Source of the DNA: Candidatus Hodarchaeaceae archaeon
Lineage (GTDB): Archaea > Hadarchaeota > Hadarchaeia > Hadarchaeales > Hadarchaeaceae
Assembly (NCBI GenBank): GCA_030018135.1
Contig: JASEGJ010000004.1
Coordinates: forward strand, 31 to 64,030
Length of the DNA stretch: 64,000 bases
Reading direction: 5' to 3'
Positions 1-9,600 of the stretch are shown here, piece by piece; the stretch's first letter is position 1, and each line of letters starts with the position of its first letter. A program made the translations under genes and the position numbers. The notes under the pieces were generated by a model, which was not told the origin of the DNA, searched no databases, and saw nothing but the letters and a program-made list of their open reading frames with translations.

Positions 1-20
1 GCGTGACTTGTGGGAAATGA

Positions 21-199
21 CTTAATTACGATATCTATGCGGACATCGCGGAAATTGGAAGAAGACTGGGTCGCACTTCGGATGGGGAGATAACCATTTT
101 CGGTTCCACGGGCCTCGCGATTCAGGACATAGCGACCGCTTGGATGGTTTATCAAAAGCTAGGGAAGCGGGTAAGGGTGTCGAGGCGGAGCCGCTGTGA
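21..199 (+). CDS. Ornithine cyclodeaminase/mu-crystallin (OCD/AlaDH) family protein, 3' terminal fragment at the window edge; apparent frameshift at A-run 154-157
   Basis: Translation ...[24 protein letters not shown] matches the conserved OCD-family C-terminus (TvFKSvGlAleDlaaA..vy). A one-base shift at caaaag restores a [14 protein letters not shown] tail. An in-frame TGA at 18-20 leaves the upstream extent unclear. Confidence 0.4.
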
Positions 200-222
200 A
201 GCTATCTCTTGGATGCCATGCC

Positions 223-1188
223 TTAACTTACGATCGGAGAAACCTCCCTCTTGAACGTGTCCAAGAACGTGTCGAGGAGTTCAATTGGGACGGTCGCGCC
301 CGCCGCCCCCTCGTGGCCGCCCCCGGAGCCCCCGATGCGTGCCGTGATGTGCCTCAGCAACGCGTTCAGGTCGATCTTCACCCCAACGCGCCGCCGCAAG
401 CTCATATCAACTTCATTTTCGTTTTTACGCGTACAGATGCCTATGTCCGCGCCCGCGACGCCCAATGCATAAAGGGCCGCCTTACCGAGGCTGCCGGAGG
501 GCAGGTCGTAAACTATGGCGATGTTGTCCTCGCGCCGGATGTGCTCCTTGACGTACCGCCAGACCTCCCACTCGCGTTTCGTCGCCCTTATCGCGCGTTC
601 CACGACTTCGGAGATCTCCGAGGGGGGGACGCCGCGCGCCAGCTTAAGCACGACCTCACGCTTGTAGTGGTAGTCGCCGGCCGCTTCGCCGAGCGCTTGG
701 CTCAAAAGGCCAGCTTCCATATATATCGTCCTTCGGTCGTACTTGCTCAATCCGTCGCGCACGAAATCTGTCTCCTCGGCGTAGTCGGCGATGGCGCCCC
801 AGAGCGCGATGCGGTCCAGGTCGGGATCGAGGTCCGACTGAAACAACCTAAAGGTGAGTTCAGAGGTGCTCGCGCCCACGGCGTGCACCAACTGCGTTGC
901 CGGCACGTCCCTCTTAAGGGTTTCCGGTGGTAGGGGGTGGTGGTCGATGTACACCACCTCATCCTTTCTGGCAAGCTCTCGCATCCGCTCGAATATCTGC
1001 TCCCTCTGGGTCTCGCTTATGGCGACGTCGAGCACGAGCACCGCGGTTCCGACCTGAATCTCCCCAAGGTCCCGGAGCAGGGTTATGGGCCGAGTGAACC
1101 AGACCTCCGCCTCCGGGAACCGCGCCTTTGCCAACGCTGCCGCGCAAATGCCGTCGGTATCGCCGTGCGCCAAAATCTTGACCGCCAT
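223..1188 (-). CDS. DHH-family phosphoesterase (NrnA/RecJ-like, DHH+DHHA1)
   Basis: 321 aa ORF with a DHH motif ([10 protein letters not shown]) and a C-terminal GGGH DHHA1 motif. It ends convergently with the OCD-like fragment. Confidence 0.8.
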   Translation of the reverse strand: MAVKILAHGDTDGICAAALAKARFPEAEVWFTRPITLLRDLGEIQVGTAVLVLDVAISETQREQIFERMRELARKDEVVYIDHHPLPPETLKRDVPATQLVHAVGASTSELTFRLFQSDLDPDLDRIALWGAIADYAEETDFVRDGLSKYDRRTIYMEAGLLSQALGEAAGDYHYKREVVLKLARGVPPSEISEVVERAIRATKREWEVWRYVKEHIRREDNIAIVYDLPSGSLGKAALYALGVAGADIGICTRKNENEVDMSLRRRVGVKIDLNALLRHITARIGGSGGGHEGAAGATVPIELLDTFLDTFKREVSPIVS

Positions 1189-1290
1189 CCCGCCACCAGG
1201 CGCTACTTTTACCCTATTGCTTTTTAACTTTCGTGCAAGGCGGAGGACAATGTTTTAATCGAATCGCATCAGATTAAAAGACGGGCCCGA

Positions 1291-1409
1291 GGGCCCGTAA
1301 GCGGGAGCAGATCTCGCCGGGAGGCTCAGCTAGGTTAGAGCGCCCGACGGCCAAGGGCTGGGCGAAGCTCATAACCGGGCGGTCGAGGGTTCGAATCCCT
1401 CCGGGCCCA
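1291..1409 (+). tRNA. tRNA-Met (anticodon CAT), intron-containing, probably two introns
   Basis: Acceptor GGGCCCG/CGGGCCC+A. T-arm GAGGG-TTCGAAT-CCCTC. D-arm GCTCAGCTAGGTTAGAGC. Classic Met anticodon loop CTCATAA at 1368-1374. About 24 extra nt lie between the acceptor 5' strand and the D-arm, and about 20 extra nt lie before the anticodon loop. A second GGGCCCG copy at 1283-1289 makes the exact 5' end ambiguous. Confidence 0.6.
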
Positions 1410-1466
1410 CCTGACTTCAAAGACTTTAGCAACATTTTATTTGCGCCTCCGCGAAGTTACACTCGT

Positions 1467-1574
1467 GCCCCGGTGGTGTAGACCGGACAATCATGTCGGC
1501 CTTATCGGTCGCGGAGTTCCGGGCCGAGGCCAATCGAGCCGGCGACGCGGGTTCGAATCCCGCCCGGGGCACCA
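1467..1574 (+). tRNA. tRNA with an intron of about 30 nt in the anticodon loop; anticodon not resolved (TTC and TAC are candidates)
   Basis: Acceptor GCCCCGG/CCGGGGC. Discriminator A and CCA are encoded. T-arm GCGGG-TTCGAAT-CCCGC. D-arm GTGTAGACCGGACAATCAT. Anticodon stem TCGGC/GCCGG encloses 37 nt. Confidence 0.55.
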
Positions 1575-1661
1575 ACTTCGTCATCGATTCAGTCACCTCC
1601 TTTTGTCTGGGCTGGCATGTTTTAAACTGCACCCCTCGAGAAGCAAACTTAAAATGGGGCA

Positions 1662-1904
1662 ATGACACTAGCTCTTGGGGTAAACCTCGTGGTCGAATGT
1701 CCCGCCTGCGGCAAGCAACTTTCGCCGCCGACCGTTAAATGTTCGGGCTGCGGCGTCGAACTCCACCGCGCGTGCGCGAGGAGGACGACGGGCAAGTGGT
1801 ACTGTAAGGACTGCTACAAGAAGGGCAAGCGTGAGGCGAGGTTTGAGCACATGGCGCAGCGTGCATCGATCTTCGGGGCAAAGAAACCCGGCAAGGTCTG
1901 GTAG
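1662..1904 (+). CDS. Small zinc-ribbon protein (2x CxxC), hypothetical
   Basis: 80 aa ORF between tRNA genes. Contains CPACG...CSGCG...CKDC motifs. Basic C-terminus. Confidence 0.4.
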   Translation: MTLALGVNLVVECPACGKQLSPPTVKCSGCGVELHRACARRTTGKWYCKDCYKKGKREARFEHMAQRASIFGAKKPGKVW

Positions 1905-1941
1905 CAACCTCTTTTAGTTTTGTAATCCATACAGATCCCTT

Positions 1942-2029
1942 GCGGGGGTGCCCGAGCTTGGTCTAAGGGGCAGGGCTTAGAACCCTGTGGCGAAGGCCTT
2001 CGAGAGTTCAAATCTCTCCCCCCGCACCA
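1942..2029 (+). tRNA. tRNA-Leu (anticodon TAG), no intron, CCA encoded
   Basis: Acceptor GCGGGGG/CCCCCGC. Anticodon arm CAGGG-CTTAGAA-CCCTG. Long variable arm. T-arm GAGAG-TTCAAAT-CTCTC. Confidence 0.9.
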
Positions 2030-2167
2030 TCAAAATCATGCCAAATGAGCAAAATTTAGGCAGTTTTTTGCTAAAAAGTTAAAGTTATTTAAATTCCTGC
2101 TTATTATTTGCCAAGTATTCCGAGCAAAATATATCGATTGACCAGATAATCTAGTTGAGGTGGATAG

Positions 2168-2437
2168 ATGGGCGACTCAACTGAAGTTGCTGTGAAAACA
2201 TACACAACGCCAACGTGCCCGTACTGCGCCATGGCGAAGGATTTTCTGAGACAGCGCAAAATAGCGTTCGAGGAGATAAATGTGGCGGGCGACCGAGAGA
2301 GGGCAATTGAAATGATAAACAAGTCCGGGCAAATGGGCGTCCCAGTTCTGGACATCGGTGGAACGGTGATAGTTGGATTCAATAAGGAGGCGATCAAAAA
2401 AAGCGCTGAAGATAGAGGGGTAGGATGTACGACCTAA
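2168..2437 (+). CDS. Glutaredoxin-like thiol-disulfide oxidoreductase (CPYC active site)
   Basis: 89 aa thioredoxin-fold protein with TCPYC and a GVPVL motif. Overlaps the trxB start by 13 nt. Confidence 0.75.
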   Translation: MGDSTEVAVKTYTTPTCPYCAMAKDFLRQRKIAFEEINVAGDRERAIEMINKSGQMGVPVLDIGGTVIVGFNKEAIKKSAEDRGVGCTT

Positions 2438-3333
2438 TAATCGTCGGCGCTGGACCCCGCGGGGATAACTGCGGCGATATACGCGGCAAGAAAAAGGCTG
2501 AATCTCTTGGTCGTCACAAAAGACATAGGAGGGCAAGCGGCGCTCAGCGCCGATGTTGAGAATCACACGGGCTACCAGTACATCACTGGACTTGAGTTGG
2601 CGAAGAAGTTCGAGGAGCACATGAAAGAATTTGGAATGGAGGTGAAGGAGGGCGAAGAAGTCATCGAGGTGGAAAAAGCAGGTGACGCGGTCAAGGTCAA
2701 GACAGACAAGGGCACTTACGAATCCAAGACATTGATAATTGCATCAGGCGCCAGGCCGCGGACGTTAAACGTGCCCGGCGAAGGGAAGTTCAAAAATAGG
2801 GGCGTTACTTACTGTGCGACGTGCGATGCGCCCTTGTTCGCGGACGTGGATGTGGCGGTCATCGAGGGCGGAAATTCAGCCCTAGACGCGACCTTGCAGC
2901 TGATGAGGATCGCGAACAAAATTTACCTGATCAACATAAACCGAGGCTCGGCGGCGATGAGGTGATGAGGGAGAAGGTGGAACGCAGCGACAAGGTGACG
3001 GTGCTGAACAACACCAAGACGCTTGAGATAGTTGGAGATAAGATGGTATCCGGGCTTAGGGTTGAGAAGGATAAGGAGCAGAAAATTTTGAAGGTGCGCG
3101 GCGTTTTCATTGAAATTGGCTACATGCCGAATTCAGATTTCGCAGCGGAGGTGCTGAAGTTGAACGAGCGGGGCGAAATCGTGGTGGACGACCGCAACAG
3201 GACGAACGTGCTGGGCATTTTTGCGGCCGGCGACGTCACCGACGTGCCACAAAAGCAGATCATCATAGCTGCCGGTGAGGGCGCGAAAGCAGCACTGAGT
3301 GCCTATGAATATTTGGCGAAATCAAAGCAATAA
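2425..3333 (+). pseudogene. trxB: Thioredoxin reductase (trxB) interrupted by two frameshifts (extra C in C-run 2455-2458; missing base near 2961)
   Basis: MYDLIIVGAGP in frame 1 joins AGITAAIYAARK...CATCDAPLF...IANKIYLI in frame 2. This then continues as ...VMREKVERSDKVTVL...FAAGDVTD...AYEYL in frame 1. The FAD GxGxxG motif is split by the first shift. Confidence 0.8.
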
Positions 3334-3420
3334 AATGGCCCCGCGAACTAGGTCGCGTTTAAAATTTTACAATCAATTATAAACTGAAAGGCAAGCTTCA
3401 TAGGCGGCCACGGCATCATT

Positions 3421-4317
3421 TTGAGCGGTGGACACATGCTGGGGGAAAACTTCGTGCCCATTAGGCCGGGCTTCGGCGGCTTTGACGAGCCATACGAACG
3501 AGCTCGGGTAGTATTCATGGGCGTGCCGCTCGACGTGACCTCTTCGTACCGCTCGGGAACGCGCTTCGGGCCAGCTAGGATCCGCGAGGCGTCCATGAAC
3601 CTCGAGACGTACCTGATGTCGGCTGACCTCGACATCTTCGAGCGGCTCGGCGTTGCTGACGTCGGCGACCTCGTAATCTCATCAACAGATCTGGCGGCGA
3701 CCGGCGAGTGCATCGAGCGGGCCGTGCAAAAGTTCCGAGACGACGGCAAGGTGCCGGCTTTGCTCGGGGGCGAGCACACCTTGACGTATTTTGCCTCTAG
3801 GGCATTAAAGGGCGTATTCATCGTTCAGCTCGACGCCCACCGCGACCTGCGCGATGAGTACATGGGCGATAAGCTCTGCCATGCCACGGTCATGCGCAGG
3901 GTGCTGGACGACCTGCCTCCGAAGCGACTTTTACAGGTCGGTGTTAGGTCTTGCTCAAAGGAGGAGGCGGAGTTTGCGCGCTCGGCCGGACTTCGGGCTT
4001 ATGGGGTTGAGCAGGTGCTGGGCAACTCAGGCAAGGTGGTCGCTGACATCCGTAGAAGGGTAGGAAAGGCGCCCGTTTACCTGACCATCGACTTGGATGT
4101 GCTGGACCCAGCCTTCGCCCCCGGCGTCGCGACGCCCGAGCCAGGAGGCCTGTCGACTCTGAACCTGTTTAATCTCGTGCGGGAGCTTGGCAGGTTAAAC
4201 ATCTGCGCATTTGATGTGGTCGAGCTCGCCGCGCCGTACGATAGCGGCATAACGGCATTTGCGGCGGCCGGAATAGTTTATGAGCTGCTGGCGACGATGG
4301 CGAGTTCACCGAAGTAA
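3421..4317 (+). CDS. speB: Agmatinase (ureohydrolase/arginase family)
   Basis: Contains GGEHTLT, DAHRD and [12 protein letters not shown] signature motifs. Confidence 0.8.
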   Translation: MSGGHMLGENFVPIRPGFGGFDEPYERARVVFMGVPLDVTSSYRSGTRFGPARIREASMNLETYLMSADLDIFERLGVADVGDLVISSTDLAATGECIERAVQKFRDDGKVPALLGGEHTLTYFASRALKGVFIVQLDAHRDLRDEYMGDKLCHATVMRRVLDDLPPKRLLQVGVRSCSKEEAEFARSAGLRAYGVEQVLGNSGKVVADIRRRVGKAPVYLTIDLDVLDPAFAPGVATPEPGGLSTLNLFNLVRELGRLNICAFDVVELAAPYDSGITAFAAAGIVYELLATMASSPK

Positions 4318-4824
4318 TTCCTGTCCCTTCTCCACAACAAGGCGGCACGGCATTGGGAACTTCCCCGTCGCGCGGTTGAGTGCTTCCTTGGTAACTGCCG
4401 CAAATTCCTTTTTCACGCGAACCGTCATGAGCCTTTGACCCGCGCTGACCCGCGCAGCCGTGCCAATCGGCCTGCCGAAGGCTAGGCGCATGCCATCCGA
4501 GATCCGGTCCGCCCCAGCGCCCACGGCCATCGGGTTCTCGCGCAGCACCTGGTGGGGGTAAACCCGAAGCTTGAGGTGGTAGTTATCCTTGCCGGCTTTT
4601 GTCTCGAGCAGGCGGTTGGCGGCAACGCGTGCTGCCTCAAGTGCGTTGTGCCTTATCTGTCCCGCCTCTCTGGCGATCAAAGACATCTCCACAGGAAAAT
4701 AGCCGCGCGGGTTTCCCATATCGAAAAAGGTAACACGTATCCCCGGCACCCCCTTAACGTACTCCCTGCGCGTGTATGCGGGGCCGCTGAAGTACCTGTA
4801 TGTGCGAGCGGGTCGGATAGGCAT
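4306..4824 (-). CDS. rpl10e: 50S ribosomal protein L10e (uL16)
   Basis: N-terminus [11 protein letters not shown]... is typical of archaeal L10e. 172 aa. Confidence 0.9.
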   Translation of the reverse strand: MPIRPARTYRYFSGPAYTRREYVKGVPGIRVTFFDMGNPRGYFPVEMSLIAREAGQIRHNALEAARVAANRLLETKAGKDNYHLKLRVYPHQVLRENPMAVGAGADRISDGMRLAFGRPIGTAARVSAGQRLMTVRVKKEFAAVTKEALNRATGKFPMPCRLVVEKGQELLR

Positions 4825-4890
4825 TTAAATCCCATAACATAGATTTAGCAACATACATATAAACACTATAAAATCTCGTCGGGCGAGTGG

Positions 4891-5547
4891 ATGTACGTTG
4901 TAATAGTGGGTGGAGGGCAGACGGGCTCAAGGCTCGCCAAGAGGATGGCCGACAGGGGCAATAACATCGTGGTGATCGAAAAGGACGAGAAGCGGGCCCA
5001 CGAGCTGGCTGCGGAGCTGGACGTGCTCGTGATCCACGGCAGTGGCGCGGACATCGATGTATTGAGAGACGCTGGCGTCGATAAGGCCGATGTTTTGGTG
5101 GCGCTCACCCAAGCAGACGAGGTAAATCTAATGGCATGCGAGCTTGCCAAGAAAATGGGCGTGCCGAGGGTGATCGCAAGGGTCAACGATGAAAAGCACG
5201 CAAGGATGTTCGAGGAACTCGGCGTCGACATCGCGGTCAGCCTCATCAGCGCGGCCGTGATGTTATTTGAGAAGGCGGTGAGCGGTCCGGGCGTTTATGG
5301 CTTGCTCGGCATCGGCGGGGGGAAGGGCGAGGTCGTCGAGGTCACGGTCGGGGCAGATTCAAAGGCGGTCGGGCGCAGGATCAAGGACATAAACGTCCCG
5401 AAGGGCTGCACGCTGGCGATGATAACGCGGGGCGACGACCTGATCCCGCCTAGGGGCGAGACGGAGATTTGGGCCGGGGATTTGGTCACCGTGGTTGGAA
5501 AGCCCGATGCGGTTTTGAAGGTCACCAAACACCTGCGCGGCGAGTGA
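4891..5547 (+). CDS. trkA: TrkA-type K+ transport regulatory protein (TrkA-N NAD-binding + TrkA-C)
   Basis: Contains VVIVGGGQTGSRLA Rossmann motif. 218 aa. Confidence 0.8.
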   Translation: MYVVIVGGGQTGSRLAKRMADRGNNIVVIEKDEKRAHELAAELDVLVIHGSGADIDVLRDAGVDKADVLVALTQADEVNLMACELAKKMGVPRVIARVNDEKHARMFEELGVDIAVSLISAAVMLFEKAVSGPGVYGLLGIGGGKGEVVEVTVGADSKAVGRRIKDINVPKGCTLAMITRGDDLIPPRGETEIWAGDLVTVVGKPDAVLKVTKHLRGE

Positions 5548-6286
5548 AATGCTTTTTGATGGCTTGCCAAGTTTCGGCGAGTTCGCCTTTAGACGCTATG
5601 CCAACGGCCACCGCGTCGACGCGGGCCCGCAGAAAATCGAACGCCTCGGCTGGCTTCAGCTCGCCCGCGGCGAGCGGCTTGATCGCGACGACCGGCAGTT
5701 TGATCGATGATAAAAGCCGCAAAGTTTCCTCTGGCCTCGGCCCCATCATGTAGCCAAGCTTGTTAACCGGGGCCATGACGAAATCCACATCGACCTCGCA
5801 CAGTTTTGGGAGGGTTTTCCAGGGTTGATGTGTGGCGACCCCGACTGCGGCACCAGCATCGCGTATTGCTGTAGCACATCGTTCTACCTCGCGCAAGTCG
5901 TGGTCGATGACTCCGGCGTGTAGTGCTATGCCCGCGGCGTTGAGGGCCACCATGTTTTTGAACTCGTCCATCAGCTCGCCCAAGCCGATGGTGCCGATGA
6001 CGCAGAGCTCGATGCCACACGCCTTCGCGGCGGCCTCCACCGCTTGGCAGATCCGAGGATATGCGACGACATGGACGGCCGGCACGCCCAGCTCGGCCGA
6101 GTCGGAGATGAGGCGCACCATGTTTTGAGGTCGCTCATAAAATGTCTGATAATAAACCATCGCCCTCGCGCCAAATTGGCCGGCGCCGCAAAATGGGCTC
6201 GTTCCGAGCATCGCTACGGGTACCTCGCGTTCGCCGAGCCTGAAAAGCCCGACATCACAAAAGTCGAGATACGATCGCAAGACCAA
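5522..6286 (-). CDS. Conserved hypothetical protein
   Basis: 254 aa ORF with protein-like composition. No family recognised from sequence. Confidence 0.4.
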   Translation of the reverse strand: MVLRSYLDFCDVGLFRLGEREVPVAMLGTSPFCGAGQFGARAMVYYQTFYERPQNMVRLISDSAELGVPAVHVVAYPRICQAVEAAAKACGIELCVIGTIGLGELMDEFKNMVALNAAGIALHAGVIDHDLREVERCATAIRDAGAAVGVATHQPWKTLPKLCEVDVDFVMAPVNKLGYMMGPRPEETLRLLSSIKLPVVAIKPLAAGELKPAEAFDFLRARVDAVAVGIASKGELAETWQAIKKHFTRRAGVW

Positions 6287-6289
6287 ACC

Positions 6290-7447
6290 TCATATGTGGA
6301 TCTCTACAATGTCCTTGTCCCGCAGCACGTAGTCCCTAGGGACCTGCTGGCCAGCGAAGCGCGTCGAGCCCCACACGCGGGCGAACTTTAGGTCGCGCGC
6401 GAATTCCTTGTGTATTGCCTCAGCTGCGTCGAGGACGGTGGAACTCTTCGGCAGCACCAGCGGGCGTCTCGCTGGCTCTTCATCTGGGCGCTTGGTGTAG
6501 ACCCGCACCACGTTCAAACTCTCGAAGATCAACTCCTTGAGTTTAGCCAAATTATCGCCGTTTGCGGCCGATACCAATATGGTGGGAAACCTACCGCCGT
6601 AGGCCTGCTGCAATTTCTCGAACCCATCCCCCTCCCCCGCCATGTCTCCCTTGTTTGCGATGGTGATGGCGCGGCGGTAGACAGATGATTCATCGAGCAC
6701 GTCCTCTAGCTCCTCGGCAGTTATCGGCTCCTCTATGATCACGACGGCGTTGTGGATGCGTTGCTCCTGCAGAATGCGCTTGAGTTCAGATCGTTCGCCC
6801 TTGAACATGCGAATGCCCCGAACCTCTATTCCTCCCGTGGCCTGGCGTTGAATGCTCAGCTTAGGCGGCCTCTGATTGAGTTTGATGCCCGCCTTTTCGA
6901 GTTCGGCAAGCAAAATTTCCATTTGTTCAAGCGGATCGGAGGAGGCGTCGACGATCAAGGCTATGGCGTCCGCGTTGCGGGCCACGCTCAGCGGCTGGGC
7001 TCCTAGGCCGCGACCCCTGTTTGAGCCTTCGATGAGCGCTGGCACCTCCACGAGCTGAATCTGCACGTCCTCGAATTCCATCATGCCGGGCACTGGTTCG
7101 CGCGTGGTGAAGGGGTACTCCGCGACCTCTGGTTGGGCGCTCGTCAATCGACGGAGCAACATCGATTTGCCCGAGTTTGGCATACCGACGAGGGCAACTT
7201 GGGCCGCGCCCTCCTTCTTGACATGAAAGCTCGGGCCGCCGCCAACTCGCCGCGTTTGCTGTTTGCGCAACTCGAGGCGCAGCTTCGCCAAGCGTCGCTT
7301 CAGCACCTTCAATAGCTTTTCCGTCCCCTTGTGCTTTGGGGCTATACGGATGAGTTCCTGCGTGGCGAGAATCTTCTCCTCCACAGTCTTTGCCTGCAGG
7401 TATCGCTCTTCGGCCTTGAAGTATTCGGGAGGAAGGTTGGCCGGCAT
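6290..7447 (-). CDS. Developmentally regulated GTP-binding protein (DRG/Obg-type GTPase with TGS domain)
   Basis: Contains GMPNSGKS P-loop. C-terminal TGS-like region. 385 aa. Confidence 0.85.
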   Translation of the reverse strand: MPANLPPEYFKAEERYLQAKTVEEKILATQELIRIAPKHKGTEKLLKVLKRRLAKLRLELRKQQTRRVGGGPSFHVKKEGAAQVALVGMPNSGKSMLLRRLTSAQPEVAEYPFTTREPVPGMMEFEDVQIQLVEVPALIEGSNRGRGLGAQPLSVARNADAIALIVDASSDPLEQMEILLAELEKAGIKLNQRPPKLSIQRQATGGIEVRGIRMFKGERSELKRILQEQRIHNAVVIIEEPITAEELEDVLDESSVYRRAITIANKGDMAGEGDGFEKLQQAYGGRFPTILVSAANGDNLAKLKELIFESLNVVRVYTKRPDEEPARRPLVLPKSSTVLDAAEAIHKEFARDLKFARVWGSTRFAGQQVPRDYVLRDKDIVEIHI

Positions 7448-7659
7448 TTGATCCCGAACGAAAATATGTTATTTCATCGGTTAAAATTCACGTCAGCGAT
7501 GATCTCGCCAAATTAAATGTCTTGAGCTATGCACGGCGGTGAAGTCCTCGCCGATTAGCCCAGCGTGCCAGTGCGGGCGGCAGCTGGTATTTTTTCTAAT
7601 TATCAACGTTAATTCTGGCAAAACGTTAGCTATTTAAGAGGGGCAAACAGATTGTTTTT

Positions 7660-7876
7660 GGCGGGGGTGAAGCCCGCGGCTACGGCCAAACCGGCGCCTA
7701 AGGGCGACGGGGAGCCTTGCAGGAACCAAGTGGACTTGGGAAGGGCGTGGCTAATGTGCCCGGTGGTGGGCGCGGAGGCAGGAACCGCGGGAAAAAGGCC
7801 CTAAGATGAAAAGGCAGCGGGGGGATGGTAACAGAACCTCGTTGAGGAGTAGTCGAGGGGTCGAATCCCCGCCCCT
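7660..7876 (+). ncRNA. rnpB: Candidate minimal (Pyrobaculum-like type T) RNase P RNA; alternatively another structured ncRNA
   Basis: Non-coding GC-rich block preceded by a TATA-like tatttaag element at 7632 and ending at a T-tract near 7877. CR-I-like GGUGAAGCCCGCGGCU at 7666 can pair with CR-V-like AGGAACCGCGGG at 7780 to form P4. The block contains AGAUGAA and ACAGAACC motifs resembling the bacterial 3' region. The 5' GGCGGGG can pair with 3' CCCCGCC to form P1. Confidence 0.4.
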
Positions 7877-7893
7877 GCTTTTACTGGGGAATG

Positions 7894-9093
7894 CTACAAC
7901 TTTCGTACATACCCCATGAGCTTGTGCAGGCCAATCAAACGAAGCAGGCCGGGCCCCTTCTTCGCGAGGGCTTTGATGAGTTCCCCGTGATGATCGAAAT
8001 CGACATGCTCAAGTACGAGGGCCCCAACATCTGGCCTCCCGAGGAGTTCGAACGCCGAGTTTAAATCGTCATCGGACATTTTTTGAAGCACTTCCCTTGC
8101 GTACATGCCAAGCTTAAACTCCGCGCCAAACCTCTTGGCGACCGCGCGCTCGTACCCACGTAGGGCTTTCGCCGTTACTTCGCCCTCCAGAGCCTTCGAT
8201 GCGACATCTGCCGCCAGTTTTGCACACGATAATCCAATGTAAATGCCGCCGCCCGTCAGGGGCTTTACCTGCCCCGCCGCGTCGCCGACCAGCATGACGC
8301 TGTCCGCATAAATCTTTCGCGTGAAGGGGTGCGGGATCAGCCCCGCGGTGAAGTGTAGGACCTTGTCGGCATCGATTTTCTCCGACGCAACCGGATGTTT
8401 CTTCATGAAGTCGGCCAGCTTTCGCAGGGGCGAGCCCTCCGATGTACCGAGGCCCACCCTACAAACATCGCCGGCCGGCACGATCCAGGCGAAGAACCCC
8501 GGCGCGAAAGCACGACCGAAGTACAACTCCGCGGTACTCGCTTCGACATCGGCGATTGTCTCGACTTGTGCACAGCTGATACAGCGGGGGGACTTTAACA
8601 AGCCGGTTTTTCGCGCGATTAAAGAGGCTGGGCCGTCGGCGCCCATCACCAAGCGTGCCTTGATCTCGTCCCTCCCGCTTGTCCGCTTAACTTTCACGAT
8701 TACTCCCCGCCCGCGCGAAATATCGAGGCACTTGGTTTTCATCAGCAAGGTCGTGCCTGCGTTGACGGCGCCGACCGCGAGTTCTCGGTCAAAAGATGCG
8801 CGGTCGATCACCAGCGCTTCAACTTTTCCCCTGCCCAAGGGCACAGCGTCGCCCGAGGGCGGGTAAAAAACCGCACCCTTGAGATCGCCCAATACCCACT
8901 CGCCCGGCTTGATGCCGAGTTCCCCGAGCCCGCTTGTCCCCAAGATGCCAGCGCAGCATACCGGATGGCCGATCTCGGCGTGCTCCTCTATTATCGCAAC
9001 ATCGAACCCTCGTTCTGCCAACAACTTGCCTATGAAGCAACCCGCCGGGCCAGCGCCGACTATGGCAACGTCGTACAACATGCCGCCCGGCAA
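7894..9093 (-). CDS. Geranylgeranyl reductase family FAD-dependent oxidoreductase (digeranylgeranylglycerophospholipid reductase-like)
   Basis: Contains YDVAIVGAGPAG FAD motif. 399 aa. The start may be at M6 (9078). Confidence 0.8.
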   Translation of the reverse strand: MPGGMLYDVAIVGAGPAGCFIGKLLAERGFDVAIIEEHAEIGHPVCCAGILGTSGLGELGIKPGEWVLGDLKGAVFYPPSGDAVPLGRGKVEALVIDRASFDRELAVGAVNAGTTLLMKTKCLDISRGRGVIVKVKRTSGRDEIKARLVMGADGPASLIARKTGLLKSPRCISCAQVETIADVEASTAELYFGRAFAPGFFAWIVPAGDVCRVGLGTSEGSPLRKLADFMKKHPVASEKIDADKVLHFTAGLIPHPFTRKIYADSVMLVGDAAGQVKPLTGGGIYIGLSCAKLAADVASKALEGEVTAKALRGYERAVAKRFGAEFKLGMYAREVLQKMSDDDLNSAFELLGRPDVGALVLEHVDFDHHGELIKALAKKGPGLLRLIGLHKLMGYVRKL

Positions 9094-9132
9094 TGATTTT
9101 AAAGCGTGAATAGATAATCCTACCGATGTGAT

Positions 9133-9600
9133 TTGATGATTGAAAAAATTGGCTACGTCCTGCTCGGGTGTTTCCTGCTCCTCCTGCCCGGGTTCATGCT
9201 CACGCTTGTGCTATTCCCAAAACAGGGGTTCGATTTTTGGTCGCGCATAGCCTTGAGCGTGGGCTTCGGTGCGATGGCGCTGATCTACATCGGCGTGATA
9301 CTGGGCAGGCCCGAGCTCAAGATGCTTCGCTTTGCGCTGTTTGTGGGAGCAGTCCTGCTCTTCTCCGCGGCCTGCGGGGCCATCGCGTATTTCCGCGGGG
9401 GGCTAAAAATTCCCGCGGCTTACGCGCGCGCTGCGATGCGAGTTCTCCGCAAGCTCAAGCCACCCCAGCCCTCCCCTCCGCCCCAAGCACAACCACCCGC
9501 GGAGCAGAAGCAGCTTGAGGAGCCCAAACCCGGAGAGACCCCTCGGCCAGTCTCCCAACAAGCACCGGGGGAGAAGTCAACAGGCGGTCGGGATGTTTAG
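9133..9600 (+). CDS. Membrane protein with proline-rich C-terminus, hypothetical
   Basis: Three predicted TM segments followed by a PQPSPPPQAQPP tail. Confidence 0.5.
   Translation: MMIEKIGYVLLGCFLLLLPGFMLTLVLFPKQGFDFWSRIALSVGFGAMALIYIGVILGRPELKMLRFALFVGAVLLFSAACGAIAYFRGGLKIPAAYARAAMRVLRKLKPPQPSPPPQAQPPAEQKQLEEPKPGETPRPVSQQAPGEKSTGGRDV

Noticed and set aside
196-933. 245-aa plus-strand ORF
   Set aside because: It lies entirely antisense to the well-supported DHH phosphoesterase gene and has an Arg/Ala/Pro-rich composition typical of GC-rich antisense frames.
7517-7610. CR-I-like GGTGAAGTCCTCGCC motif and hairpin plus T6 tract, considered as a 5' extension of the RNase P RNA candidate (total about 335 nt)
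   Set aside because: A T6 run and a 60-nt AT-rich promoter-like stretch at 7600-7660 would terminate archaeal transcription before the structured block. This is more likely a separate small terminator or UTR.
7851-7876. tRNA-like 3' end GGGGTCGAATCCCCGCCCCTGC, considered as a tRNA gene or split-tRNA half
   Set aside because: No matching acceptor 5' strand or D-arm could be found. It fits better as the 3' end (P1) of the ncRNA candidate.
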